From Micrococcus luteus NCTC 2665 (GTDB taxonomy: Bacteria > Actinomycetota > Actinomycetes > Actinomycetales > Micrococcaceae): a stretch of DNA of 32,000 nt. A model generated the notes under the pieces. It worked only from the letters and a program-made list of their open reading frames with translations. It did not search any database and was not told where the DNA came from. The position numbers were made by a program, and so were the translations under genes. Shown here in pieces: positions 1 to 9,017 of the stretch; the first letter of the stretch is position 1; every line of letters starts with the position of its first letter. The DNA lies in NCBI RefSeq assembly GCF_000023205.1, contig NC_012803.1, forward strand, positions 600,001 to 632,000. Direction: 5' to 3'.

Positions 1-117
1 TGCCGCGGCATCCCCGCCGACCAGGCCGGGGACTGCGCGCGCTTCGTCACCCGCGAGGACATCGTGGGTGAGGTCTTCGTGACCGTCTGGCCGCCCACGC
101 ACTGGGGCGGGCACTGA
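1..117 (+). CDS. 3' end of a CDS entering from the left edge; C-terminus resembles type I signal peptidase (LepB-like)
   Basis: Frame 1 is open from base 1 to TGA at 115-117, with G/C-rich third codon positions. The tail REDIVGEVFVTVWPPTHWGGH resembles the conserved VIGKA..IVWPPSRWG C-terminal box of actinobacterial LepB as I recall it. Only 38 codons are visible. Confidence 0.45.
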   Translation, partial: CRGIPADQAGDCARFVTREDIVGEVFVTVWPPTHWGGH

Positions 118-163
118 TCTCCTGAGGCGCGGGGCCTCCTGGGCGACGGCGGACCGTGCCGGC

Positions 164-1303
164 TCAGCCGGTCGTGGCCAGTTCCGCGGTGACCAGGGCG
201 TCCATCGCCTCCCGCACCCGGGCCTCGGCGTCCTCGGGCACGGGCCCTTCGGCGCGGAGACGGCCCACCACGTCGGCGGCCGTCCGCGGCTCGTCCAGCA
301 GGAGCCAGACGGAGGGGCCCAGACCTTCGAGCACGACCAGGCGGTCCGAGGCGAGCAGGACCAGGCGGCCGTCATCGAGCTGGATTCCGCACTCCGCACC
401 GTGGCGCCGGACGGTTGCGCCGTCACCGCCCGGTGTCCCGGCGGTGGAGACTGTCCTCGGGCTGGCGGAGAGCTCCGGGTCATTGAGAGGCGTCCATGAC
501 GGGCTCATCGGTGCGGGCTGCTGCGCGAGCAGCCCGTCTATCACGGGACGCAGGTCAGAGGCCTCCGAGTAGACGAGCCGGAGGGCGCCGCCCAGCCTGT
601 CGAGCGTCCGGCACAGGGCGACCAGTCCACGCGGAAGATGGGCGACGGAGGACGTCTGGGGCACGAGGAGGGTCAACGCCTCCAGCAGGGGCATCGGCTC
701 GGCACGCGCCGTCACGCGCTCGCCCGGCTCCCGGACACGCTCCAGCACGCAGATGCGCTGCAGCGTCGCCTCCGGGGCTTGACCGAGCCCTATCTCGTCC
801 GGACTCACCTGATGCTTCGGACGGCTTCCAGACGGACTGAGCACGGAGAGCGGCTTGGGGTAGGGGGTGACGGCGAGATCCCCGGGGTGGACGATCGCCG
901 TCTCGTCTGAGAGGTAGCCGTAGTGGGGTCCCAGGGTCCGAGTCGCCGTGGTCTTCCCCGTCCCCGACGCCGCGACCAGGACGACGGCGGCACCGGTCTC
1001 AAGGTCAGCCAGGCAGGCCGCATGGAACATCAGGTGGCTCCCGCGCCCCGCCTCGATGGCGTGGCGCGTGGCCCGGTGGACCAATTCCTCGTGGAACTGG
1101 TCCCACGACAGCGAGGCCAGACTCACACGGTCCACGTCCCCCCGTGAGGCCTCGCACGGTGTCGGGGTGCACCGTGACCACGCGCGGACGATGGCGGCAG
1201 ACTCGACCTCGTCGAGCGACGAGACGAGCAGGGACCCGGCCCCGGTCTCGATCGACCAGGTGGACGTGTCCCGGTGCTGGCAGTCGGTGGGATGCGCGGG
1301 CAT
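164..1303 (-). CDS. HprK-related P-loop kinase fused to a C-terminal PqqD/RRE-like domain (379 aa)
   Basis: ATG at 1303-1301 is preceded by GAGGAG. The in-frame upstream extension to 1531 has visibly poorer GC3. The core reads HAACLADLETGAAVVLVAASGTGKTTATRTLG..YLSDETAIV, which is the HAA..G....G.SG.GK(S/T)T...L....lsDD pattern of HPr-kinase-like proteins. The last ~90 aa (LVVLEGLGPSVWLLLDEPRTAADVVGRLRAEG..EDAEARVREAMDALVTAELA) fit the PqqD pattern. Confidence 0.7.
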   Translation of the reverse strand: MPAHPTDCQHRDTSTWSIETGAGSLLVSSLDEVESAAIVRAWSRCTPTPCEASRGDVDRVSLASLSWDQFHEELVHRATRHAIEAGRGSHLMFHAACLADLETGAAVVLVAASGTGKTTATRTLGPHYGYLSDETAIVHPGDLAVTPYPKPLSVLSPSGSRPKHQVSPDEIGLGQAPEATLQRICVLERVREPGERVTARAEPMPLLEALTLLVPQTSSVAHLPRGLVALCRTLDRLGGALRLVYSEASDLRPVIDGLLAQQPAPMSPSWTPLNDPELSASPRTVSTAGTPGGDGATVRRHGAECGIQLDDGRLVLLASDRLVVLEGLGPSVWLLLDEPRTAADVVGRLRAEGPVPEDAEARVREAMDALVTAELATTG

Positions 1304-1443
1304 GGGGCTCCTCTGACGGGGGCAAGGCACTGAGGCAACTCTAGGGCGTGCGGCGCCGGCCCGCTGGGCCTGTGCGCTCGGCAGAGGGCGCTCCCGCGGT
1401 GACGAGGACGGCGGTGGTATCCTTGACGGGTTGCCCAGGCGAG

Positions 1444-1497
1444 GGAGCGCGCGCTCCGTGATCGACGAGGCCGCCGCCTGCGCGTCAGCATGCTGAC
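1444..1497. promoter_or_regulatory. Two perfect 14-bp palindromes (GGAGCGCGCGCTCC at 1444-1457; GTCAGCATGCTGAC at 1484-1497) in the divergent intergenic region
   Basis: I checked both as exact reverse-complement palindromes. They lie between the divergently oriented kinase-PqqD gene and rplY, 85-138 nt upstream of the rplY ATG. Confidence 0.3.
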
Positions 1498-1581
1498 CCG
1501 CTGCGGCACTGAAGCCCCCTCCTGGCCGCATCCCGCGCCGCCCCCGGCTGCGCGGCCGAGACCCCCACAGGAGGACGCATC

Positions 1582-2205
1582 ATGTCTGACCAGCTCAAGA
1601 TCAAGGTCACCCGCCGCACCGACTTCGGCAAGGGCGCCGCCCGCCAGGCCCGCCGCGCCGGCCTGATCCCCGCCGTCGTCTACGGCCACGGCCAGGAGCC
1701 CGTGCACCTGCTGCTGCCGGCCCAGGAGACCACCCTGGCCGTCCGCAACCCCAACGCCCTGCTCACCGTTGTGAACGAGGCCGGCGAGGAGCACCTGGTC
1801 CTGCCCAAGGACATCCAGCGCCACGCCATCAAGGACACCGTGGACCACCTGGACCTCATCGAGGTCCGCCGCGGCGAGAAGGTCGTCGTCGAGGTCACCG
1901 TGCAGGTCGAGGGCGAGGTCGCCCCCGGCACCGAGTACGTGCTGGACTACGTCACCGTGCCGGTCGAGGCCGACGCCACCGACCTGCCCGAGGCCGTCAC
2001 CATCTCCGTCGAGGGCCGCGAGGCCGGCGACCACGTGTACGCCCCGGATGTGCAGGTCCCGGCCGGCGCCACCCTGCAGCTCGAGGACGACATCGTTATC
2101 GCCACCGTCAACGAGGTCGTCGAGCAGGACCTCGGCGACGAGTCCGTGCAGGAGGAGCAGGCCGCCGAGTCTGCCGAGGGCGAGTCCGAGGGCTCCGAGG
2201 ACTGA
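1582..2205 (+). CDS. rplY: 50S ribosomal protein L25 / general stress protein Ctc
   Basis: AGGAGG lies 8 nt upstream of the ATG. The N-terminus is typical L25/Ctc: [32 protein letters not shown], with an acidic C-terminal tail. It is followed by pth, as in many bacteria. Confidence 0.95.
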   Translation: MSDQLKIKVTRRTDFGKGAARQARRAGLIPAVVYGHGQEPVHLLLPAQETTLAVRNPNALLTVVNEAGEEHLVLPKDIQRHAIKDTVDHLDLIEVRRGEKVVVEVTVQVEGEVAPGTEYVLDYVTVPVEADATDLPEAVTISVEGREAGDHVYAPDVQVPAGATLQLEDDIVIATVNEVVEQDLGDESVQEEQAAESAEGESEGSED

Positions 2206-2212
2206 TCACGCC

Positions 2213-2788
2213 ATGACGACGGGGACCACGCTCATCGTCGGGCTCGGCAACCCCGGGCCCGAGTATGAGCGCACCCGTCACAACGTCGGCCAGATGGTGG
2301 CGGATGAGCTCGCCTCCCGCATGGGGGTCGGGTTCACCCGCCACCGGGCCGGCGCCGTGGTGGCCACGGGTCGCCTCGGCATCGGGGGGCCGCGGGTCGT
2401 GCTCGCGAAGTCCACCGGCTACATGAACGTCTCCGGACGCCCCGTCTCCGCGCTGGCGTCCTTCTACGGGATCGGCCCCGAGGACCTCGTGGTGGTCCAT
2501 GACGAGCTGGACATCCCGTTCGACACCCTGCGCCTCAAGCGCGGCGGGGGAGAGGGCGGCCACAACGGCCTGAAGTCCATCACCGCCTCGCTGGGCACGA
2601 AGGACTACGCCCGCGTGCGCGTCGGCATCGGCCGGCCCCCGGGCCGCATGGACGTGGCCGACTTCGTGCTGCGCCCCTTCACCAAGCCCGAGCAGGACGT
2701 CCTGCCGCTGCACGTGGACCGCGCGGCGGACGCCGTGGAGAAGCTCGTCACGGACGGGCTCGAGCCCGCCCAGCAGGCGTTCCACTGA
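2213..2788 (+). CDS. pth: peptidyl-tRNA hydrolase
   Basis: ATG at 2213 is in frame with the 2048 ORF. It carries the canonical [20 protein letters not shown] motif, then VVHDELD and GGHNGLKSI. Confidence 0.95.
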   Translation: MTTGTTLIVGLGNPGPEYERTRHNVGQMVADELASRMGVGFTRHRAGAVVATGRLGIGGPRVVLAKSTGYMNVSGRPVSALASFYGIGPEDLVVVHDELDIPFDTLRLKRGGGEGGHNGLKSITASLGTKDYARVRVGIGRPPGRMDVADFVLRPFTKPEQDVLPLHVDRAADAVEKLVTDGLEPAQQAFH

Positions 2789-2834
2789 CCTCCCGCCCCG
2801 TGACATCCGCGACGCGCAGGGCGGGATCCCACGC

Positions 2835-3497
2835 TCAGGGCGCCGGGGTCACGGCACGGGCCAGGGCGTCCGCGATGGTCTCCACTGCGGGATCCATGAT
2901 CCGGATCATCTCCGCGTACCCTTCCTCCGGTCCGCGGAACGGGTCCACGATGTCGAGGGGCTGGGTGGTCGACCGTGCGAGGGCCCGGTGGTGGGCCGCC
3001 TCCGCCGCGAAGGCGCGCACCCCTCGGCCCGCGGGGATCCAGTCCCGTCCGTCCCGCGCGTCCAGGATGCGGACCAGCTCCGCGAGCTCCAGCACGGTGA
3101 ACACGCGCGTGACGGCCTGCGGCACCTGGCGCAGCGCGAAGCTCATGTGTTCCTGAGTCGCGGTCAACACGAGATCCGCCACCTCGATCATGAACGGCTG
3201 CAACGCGGCGGGCCGGTGGTCCGCAAGGCCGGCGACACCGGCCTCGGCGCCGAGCCGCACGAGCGGCGGGGGCACCCTCAGGGCCTGATTCGGCTGGGAG
3301 CCGGCGCTGCCGACCTCCACCCGGCCGGGGGCCAGGGGCCCCAGCTGACCTTGGAGGGCGCGGCTCGCATAAGCCGAGCGGCACACGTTGCCGGTGCACA
3401 CGATGAGCACGGCGTCCGGCGCGGGGAGGGCCCGGCGCCCCCGCCGGGCAGGTGGAGGCGGGCTCGTCGGGACGTGACGACGGGAGAACGAGATCAA
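2835..3497 (-). CDS. low-molecular-weight protein-tyrosine phosphatase family protein
   Basis: The P-loop VLIVCTGNVCRSAYA matches the CX5R(S/T) signature, and there is a C-terminal DIVDPF (general-acid Asp-Pro). The ORF-track start at 3497 is a TTG that overlaps the upstream gene's TGA (TTGA). The true start may lie further in, because the ~35-aa N-terminal extension is unusual for this family. Confidence 0.8.
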   Translation of the reverse strand: MISFSRRHVPTSPPPPARRGRRALPAPDAVLIVCTGNVCRSAYASRALQGQLGPLAPGRVEVGSAGSQPNQALRVPPPLVRLGAEAGVAGLADHRPAALQPFMIEVADLVLTATQEHMSFALRQVPQAVTRVFTVLELAELVRILDARDGRDWIPAGRGVRAFAAEAAHHRALARSTTQPLDIVDPFRGPEEGYAEMIRIMDPAVETIADALARAVTPAP

Positions 3498-4021
3498 CTG
3501 CGCGCGGCTCCTCCGTCACGCCCGAGCCACGAGGACAGCGCCCGGGCCTGACGATCGACGACCTTGCCGACCATCGGCTCGGCCTTCGCCGCGAGCTTCG
3601 AGCCCACCAGCGGGATCCGGCAGACGAGGGTGCCGTCCACGGAGAACTGGGAGCCCTCACCGGCGGCGGTCAGGCGGAGGGCGCCGTCCGCCGTCGCCTT
3701 GGCGGAGGGCACGGTGATGGTGGTGGTGCCGGCGCGGGAGCCGTCCGCGGCGGGCGCGTCCCACCGCTCCACCTGCTCCACCTGGAGGGCGGAGCCGATG
3801 AGCTTGCGGGCCATGTCCGGGACACGGTCCGGGATGCGGTCCGCGGGCAGGGAGCGCACGGCGGTGACGGTCATCGGGCCCTCCGGGGAGCCCTCGACGG
3901 AGAACGAGACCAGGGAGCCGCCGAAGGACTCGACCACGGAACGGTGGAAGTCCTCGGACGCCAGGGCGGCTGCCACGGCCGCCGGCGGGTGCGGGATGGG
4001 CTGCTGAGCGGAAAAGGCCAC
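3494..4021 (-). CDS. DUF2505-like (SRPBCC-fold) hypothetical protein
   Basis: This is a 175-aa ORF with high GC3. The sequence pattern (…FHRSVVESFGG…VEQVERW…G.LVCRIPLVGSKLAAKAEPMV.K..D.Q) resembles actinobacterial DUF2505 proteins as I recall them. The family call is tentative. Confidence 0.55.
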   Translation of the reverse strand: MAFSAQQPIPHPPAAVAAALASEDFHRSVVESFGGSLVSFSVEGSPEGPMTVTAVRSLPADRIPDRVPDMARKLIGSALQVEQVERWDAPAADGSRAGTTTITVPSAKATADGALRLTAAGEGSQFSVDGTLVCRIPLVGSKLAAKAEPMVGKVVDRQARALSSWLGRDGGAARS

Positions 4022-4205
4022 GGTGTCTCCTCGGGGTCAAGTCAGGCCGCGCCCGGCGGGCCGTGAGAGGGCCGGCACCGGTTCGCCGACGGCGATGGGC
4101 GTCCAACCCCCACCTTATATGCTGGCCTCCGCGACCCGGGTCCCGTGCACGGCGCCGGGACCGGCCGCGCGACCCCTCGTGAACCCCCTGGAAGGTGTGT
4201 CCGCC

Positions 4206-5270
4206 ATGTCGGCACTCTGGGCCGTGGCCCTCATCATGCTCCTGAGCGGGACGGCGAAGCTCCGTTCCGGCGAGGACGTGCAGGCCACGTTCACCCGACT
4301 CAGGGTGCCCCGCCCGTTCGCGGCCCCCGCCCTGGCGCGCGCGTTCCCCTGGCTCGAGCTGCTGCTCGCCGCCGCCCTCCTGCAGCCCTTCACCCTGCTG
4401 CGTCCGGTCGTCGGGCTGGTGGCCGTGGCCCTCTTCGCCGCCTTCCTCGCGCTCGTGGTCCGGGCCCAGGACGACGGCGTCTCGTGCGGCTGCTTCGGCG
4501 AGGCCTCGGCCGCCCCGATCTCCCGCACCACCGTGGTCCGCAACGTCGTCTTCCTGGCCCTCGCCGTCCTGGCCCTGGCCGAGGGGATCGTCTCGCTGGC
4601 GGTGCACGGCGCGGGCCTGGCCTGGCAGCCGCTCACCGCCTTCGGCGCCGGGGCGTGGGCGTGGGCCCTGCTCGTGTCCGTGCTGCTCGCGACCGCCGCG
4701 TTCCTGGCCGGGCGCGAGTCCGTCCCGGCCGCGCCCGACGCCGCCCCGGCGACGCCCACGCCCGAGGCCCCGGCCGCCCTCGACCCGGCCGACGGCGCCG
4801 AGCCCGAACGCCACCCGTTCCCGGACGCCGTCGTGGTCGCGGACGGCGAGTACACCGGTCTGCACCGGCTGGTCGCGGACGGGGCCGTGGTGGTCCTGCG
4901 CCTGTCCACGGGGTGCGGCTCCTGCGCGCGGGTGATCGAGCGGCTGGACGAGTTCACGGACGCGCTCGGGCCGGTCCGGCTGCGCGTCCTCATGCCCCAG
5001 CACGCCCCCGGTGCCGACGGGGCGATCCGCCGCGGCGCCGTCGACGCGTCGCTCGTGCTCGCCGACCCGGCCGGCGCCGCCTCGCAGGCCCTCGGCCTGC
5101 ACTCGTTCCCCACCGCGGTGCTGCTCGGCACGGACCGGCTCACCGCCGGCGGCCCGGTGGGCGGCGCCGACGACGTCCTCGCCTTCCTCGAAGAGATCCG
5201 GGAGATCATGACCACCGAACTGCCCGCCGCCACGGACGGCTCCACCGCCACCCCGGAGGTCCGCGCATGA
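4206..5270 (+). CDS. MauE/DoxX-type membrane domain fused to a thioredoxin-fold (TlpA-like, CGSC) domain
   Basis: ATG at 4206. The N-terminus MSALWAVALIMLLSGTAKLRSGEDV…FPWLELLLAAALL…CGCFG is typical of MauE/DoxX family membrane proteins. A Pro/Ala linker follows. The C-terminal domain has VVVLRLSTGCGSCARVIERL (CxxC) and FPTAVLLG (cis-Pro loop). Confidence 0.75.
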   Translation: MSALWAVALIMLLSGTAKLRSGEDVQATFTRLRVPRPFAAPALARAFPWLELLLAAALLQPFTLLRPVVGLVAVALFAAFLALVVRAQDDGVSCGCFGEASAAPISRTTVVRNVVFLALAVLALAEGIVSLAVHGAGLAWQPLTAFGAGAWAWALLVSVLLATAAFLAGRESVPAAPDAAPATPTPEAPAALDPADGAEPERHPFPDAVVVADGEYTGLHRLVADGAVVVLRLSTGCGSCARVIERLDEFTDALGPVRLRVLMPQHAPGADGAIRRGAVDASLVLADPAGAASQALGLHSFPTAVLLGTDRLTAGGPVGGADDVLAFLEEIREIMTTELPAATDGSTATPEVRA

Positions 5271-8200
5271 GCGTCCCCGAGACCACCCCCGTCCTCGCCC
5301 CGCTGCTGCCGCGCCTGCGCGCCGAACGTGCCATCGAGGCGGCCGCCGCCTCCGCCGCCCGGCCGCTCGAGTCCCGGGGCGTCGAGCTGGAGATCGGCCT
5401 GCCCGACGGCGCCCGCGCGCCCCTGCTGACCGTCCTGGCCGAGGCGCTGGCCGAGGGCCACGGCGAGCGCGCCGCCGTCCTCGTGGTCACCGCGACCACC
5501 CGCGAGGCCGAGGACCTCGTGACCGACCTCGCCGCCTGGGCCCCCGCCGGCGCCGCCGCGCTGTTCCCGTCCTGGGAGACGCTGCCCCACGAGCGCCTGT
5601 CCCCGCGCTCGGACACCGTGGGCGCGCGCCTGGCCGTGCTGCGCCGCCTCGCCCACCCCGAGGAGCACGCGGAGGGCCCGCTCCGCATCGTCGTCGCCCC
5701 CGTGCGCGCCGTGCTGCAGCCCCTCGTGGCCGGGCTCGGCGAGCTGAGCCCGGTGACCCTGCGGACGGGGGAGGAGCGGGACTTCGACGGTGTGGTGGCC
5801 GCGCTCGCGGATGCCGCCTACTCGCGCGTGGACATGGTCAGCCGACGCGGCGAGTTCGCCGTGCGCGGCGGGCTGATCGACGTGTTCCCGCCCACCGAGG
5901 ACTACCCCGTGCGCATCGAGTTCTTCGGCGACGAGGTGGAGCAGATGCGCTGGTTCTCCGTGGCGGACCAGCGCTCCCTCGAGGACACCACGGAGGACGG
6001 CTCGGGCCACCCCTCCGAGCTGTACGCGCCCCCGTGCCGCGAGCTGCTGATCACGGACCACGTGCGCCGGCGCGCCAAAGAGCTGATCCCGGCCATGCCC
6101 GCCGCCGCGGACATGCTGGACCGGATCGCCGAGGGCGTGGCCGTGGAGGGCATGGAGTCCCTCTCCCCGCTGCTGGCCGAGGCCATGACGTCGCTGCCCC
6201 GCATGCTGCCCACCGGGTCGCTGACCGTCCTCGTGGAGCCCGAGCGCCTGCGCGGCCGCGCCGACGACCTGCTGGCCACCAACGAGGAGTTCCTCCAGGC
6301 CGCGTGGGCCGGCGCCGCGCAGGGCGCGGTCGCCCCGGTGGACGTGGCCGGGGCGGACCAGTCCGCCGCGGGTGGCTTCCTCACGGTGGCCGAACTCCGC
6401 GCGGCCGCACTCGAGCAGGACCAGGGGTTCTGGTCCGTCACCGCGCTGGTCTCGGACGACGAGCTGCTGCCCGACGCCGCCACCCTGCGCGCCACCCTCG
6501 GCGTCCCGCAGACCTTCTCCGGCGACATCGAGGCCATGGTCGCGCACACCCGCGTCCGGCTCGCGGAGGGGTGGCATGCCGTGGTCCTCACCGACGGCCC
6601 CGGCTCCACCCGCCGTCTCGCCGAGCTCACCACGGAGGCCGGCCTCACGGCCTCCGTGGCGGACGGGCCCCTGCCCGCGGACCTCGCCCCGGGGCGGGTC
6701 TCCATCGCGACGGCGCCCGTCGGCTCCGGCTTCACGATCCCGGACGCGCAGATCGCCCTGATCACGGAGCACGACCTCTTCGGCCGGCACCGCACCGCGG
6801 GCACGCGCGCCCCCGGGGCACGGTTGGCCCGCAAGCGGCGCAACGCCGTCGACCCGCTGACCCTGCAGCCCGGCGACCACGTGGTGCACTCCCAGCACGG
6901 CATCGCCCGCTTCGTGGAGCTGCAGCGCCGCAAGGTCACCGGCGGGCCGCGCACCGCCCCCGGTGCCGAGGAGTCCTACCGCGAGTACCTCGTGCTCGAG
7001 TACGCGCCCTCGAAGCGCGGCGCCCCCGGCGACCGGCTGTTCGTGCCCACCGACCAGCTCGACCTGATCTCCACCTACGTGGGCGGGGAGACGCCGTCGC
7101 TGTCCAGGATGGGCGGCTCGGACTGGGCGCAGACCAAGTCCAAGGCCAAGCGCGCCACCCGCGAGATCGCCGGCGAGCTCATCCGCCTGTACTCGGCCCG
7201 CATGGCCTCGCGCGGCCACGCGTTCGCCCCGGACACCCCGTGGCAGGCCGAGCTGGAGGAGGCGTTCCCGTTCATCGAGACGCCGGACCAGCTGACCACC
7301 ATCGAGGACGTCAAGAAGGACATGGAGGAGGCCGTCCCCATGGACCGGCTCGTCTCCGGCGACGTCGGCTTCGGCAAGACCGAGGTGGCCGTGCGCGCCG
7401 CGTTCAAGGCGGTGCAGGACGGCAAGCAGGTGGCCGTCCTCGTCCCCACGACGCTGCTCGCCCGCCAGCACCACCAGACGTTCTCCGACCGGTTCGCCGG
7501 CTTCCCCGTGAAGGTGGCCGCGCTCTCCCGGTTCCAGACCGCCAAGGAGTCCAAGGAGGTCGTCGAGGGGCTCGCGCACGGCGAGGTGGACGTGGTGATC
7601 GGCACCCACCGGCTGCTCTCCGACCAGGTGCAGTTCAAGGACCTGGGCCTGGTGGTCGTGGACGAGGAGCAGCGCTTCGGCGTCGAGCACAAGGAGGCGC
7701 TGAAGAAGATGCGCACCAACGTGGACGTGCTCGCCATGTCCGCCACGCCCATCCCGCGCACCCTCGAGATGTCCCTCACCGGCATCCGCGAGACCTCCAC
7801 GCTGGCCACCGCCCCGGAGGAGCGCCACCCCGTGCTCACCTCGGTGGGCCCGTACTCGGACCAGCAGGTCACCGCGGCCATCCGCCGCGAGCTGATGCGC
7901 GAGGGCCAGGTGTTCTACGTGCACAACCGCGTCACCACCATCGACAAGGTGGCCAAGCGCATCGCCGAGCTGGTGCCGGAGGCGCGGATCGCCGTCGCCC
8001 ACGGCAAGATGAGCGAGGCCCGGCTCGAGCAGATCATGGTGGACTTCTGGGAGCGGAAGCTCGACGTGCTCGTGTCCACCACGATCATCGAGACCGGCCT
8101 GGACATCGCCAACGCCAACACCCTGATCGTGGAGGACGCCCACCGCTACGGCCTCTCGCAGCTGCACCAGCTGCGCGGCCGTGTGGGCCGTGGCCGTGAG

Positions 8201-8923
8201 CGGGCGTACGCGTACTTCCTGTACGACCCGCAGAAGCCCCTCGGCGAGGTGGCCCTCGAACGGCTCAAGGCCGTGGCCACCCACAACGAGCTCGGCGCGG
8301 GCATGCAGCTGGCCATGAAGGACCTCGAGATCCGCGGCGCCGGCAACCTGCTGGGCGGGGAGCAGTCCGGCCACATCGCCGGCGTGGGCTTCGACCTCTA
8401 CCTGCGGATGGTGGGCGAGGCCGTGGCCGACTTCAAGGGCGAGGAGGACACCTCACCCGCCGAGGTGAAGGTGGAGCTGCCGGTCAACGCCCACCTGCCG
8501 CACGACTACGTGCCGGGGGAGCGGCTGCGCCTGGAGATGTACCGCAACCTCGCCCAGGCCGCGGACGACGCCGCCGTGGACGCCGTGGTGGAGGAGCTCA
8601 AGGACCGCTACGGCCCGCTGCCGGATCCGGTGGAGGCGCTCGTCGCCGTCGCCCGGTTCCGCAACCGGGCCCGAGCTGCGGGCGTCACCGAGGTGATGCT
8701 GCTGGGGCAGAACGTGAAGTTCGGCCCCGCCGCGGACCTGCCGGAGTCCCGCCAGATGCGCCTGACCCGCATGTACAAGGGCGCCCAGGTCAAGCCGGCC
8801 CTGAACGGCGTCCTCATCCCGCGTCCCAAGACCAAGCCGGTCATGGGTCAGGACCTCGTGGACGTCCCGCTGCTCGAGTGGGCGCAGCAGGTGGTCGACG
8901 CGATCTTCGCGCCGGAGGGCTGA
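5267..8923 (+). CDS. mfd: transcription-repair coupling factor (1218 aa)
   Basis: ATG at 5267 overlaps the upstream TGA (ATGA). It has a CarD/TRG-like segment (GDHVVHSQHGIARF). Superfamily-2 helicase motifs are present: GDVGFGKTEVA, VVDEEQRFGV, SATPIPRT, HGKM, TTIIETGLDI and QLRGRVGR. The C-terminal TRCF domain is also present. Confidence 0.97.
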   Translation: MSVPETTPVLAPLLPRLRAERAIEAAAASAARPLESRGVELEIGLPDGARAPLLTVLAEALAEGHGERAAVLVVTATTREAEDLVTDLAAWAPAGAAALFPSWETLPHERLSPRSDTVGARLAVLRRLAHPEEHAEGPLRIVVAPVRAVLQPLVAGLGELSPVTLRTGEERDFDGVVAALADAAYSRVDMVSRRGEFAVRGGLIDVFPPTEDYPVRIEFFGDEVEQMRWFSVADQRSLEDTTEDGSGHPSELYAPPCRELLITDHVRRRAKELIPAMPAAADMLDRIAEGVAVEGMESLSPLLAEAMTSLPRMLPTGSLTVLVEPERLRGRADDLLATNEEFLQAAWAGAAQGAVAPVDVAGADQSAAGGFLTVAELRAAALEQDQGFWSVTALVSDDELLPDAATLRATLGVPQTFSGDIEAMVAHTRVRLAEGWHAVVLTDGPGSTRRLAELTTEAGLTASVADGPLPADLAPGRVSIATAPVGSGFTIPDAQIALITEHDLFGRHRTAGTRAPGARLARKRRNAVDPLTLQPGDHVVHSQHGIARFVELQRRKVTGGPRTAPGAEESYREYLVLEYAPSKRGAPGDRLFVPTDQLDLISTYVGGETPSLSRMGGSDWAQTKSKAKRATREIAGELIRLYSARMASRGHAFAPDTPWQAELEEAFPFIETPDQLTTIEDVKKDMEEAVPMDRLVSGDVGFGKTEVAVRAAFKAVQDGKQVAVLVPTTLLARQHHQTFSDRFAGFPVKVAALSRFQTAKESKEVVEGLAHGEVDVVIGTHRLLSDQVQFKDLGLVVVDEEQRFGVEHKEALKKMRTNVDVLAMSATPIPRTLEMSLTGIRETSTLATAPEERHPVLTSVGPYSDQQVTAAIRRELMREGQVFYVHNRVTTIDKVAKRIAELVPEARIAVAHGKMSEARLEQIMVDFWERKLDVLVSTTIIETGLDIANANTLIVEDAHRYGLSQLHQLRGRVGRGRERAYAYFLYDPQKPLGEVALERLKAVATHNELGAGMQLAMKDLEIRGAGNLLGGEQSGHIAGVGFDLYLRMVGEAVADFKGEEDTSPAEVKVELPVNAHLPHDYVPGERLRLEMYRNLAQAADDAAVDAVVEELKDRYGPLPDPVEALVAVARFRNRARAAGVTEVMLLGQNVKFGPAADLPESRQMRLTRMYKGAQVKPALNGVLIPRPKTKPVMGQDLVDVPLLEWAQQVVDAIFAPEG

Positions 8924-9017
8924 GGCGGGTCAGGACGAGGTCACGCGGACGAGGACGCCGTGCGCCCGGAGGGACCGCAGCGGCTCGGTGCGAGGTCGAG
9001 CAGCGGGCCGGGGACGG

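Noticed and set aside
164-1531. 76-codon N-terminal extension of the kinase-PqqD ORF to the ATG at 1531.
   Set aside because: Third-position G/C drops markedly upstream of 1303. The ATG at 1303 has a GAGGAG Shine-Dalgarno sequence. The extension would also run through the two palindromes.
2791-2826. 8-bp stem (TCCCGCCC / GGGCGGGA) with a 20-nt loop between the convergent pth and phosphatase genes.
   Set aside because: The stem is short, the loop is large and there is no U-tract. The evidence is too weak to call a terminator.
4145-5266. 374-codon upstream extension of the mfd reading frame (the track ORF starts at 4145).
   Set aside because: The extension is Arg/Pro/Gly-rich nonsense that overlaps the well-supported MauE-thioredoxin gene in another frame. 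Mfd homology begins at the ATG at 5267.
4115-8374. 1419-aa ORF on the minus strand, antisense to mfd.
   Set aside because: Its composition is Gly/Arg/Ala/His-rich and low-complexity with no motifs. The opposite strand encodes an unmistakable Mfd with all helicase motifs. Long stop-free antisense frames are expected at this G+C.
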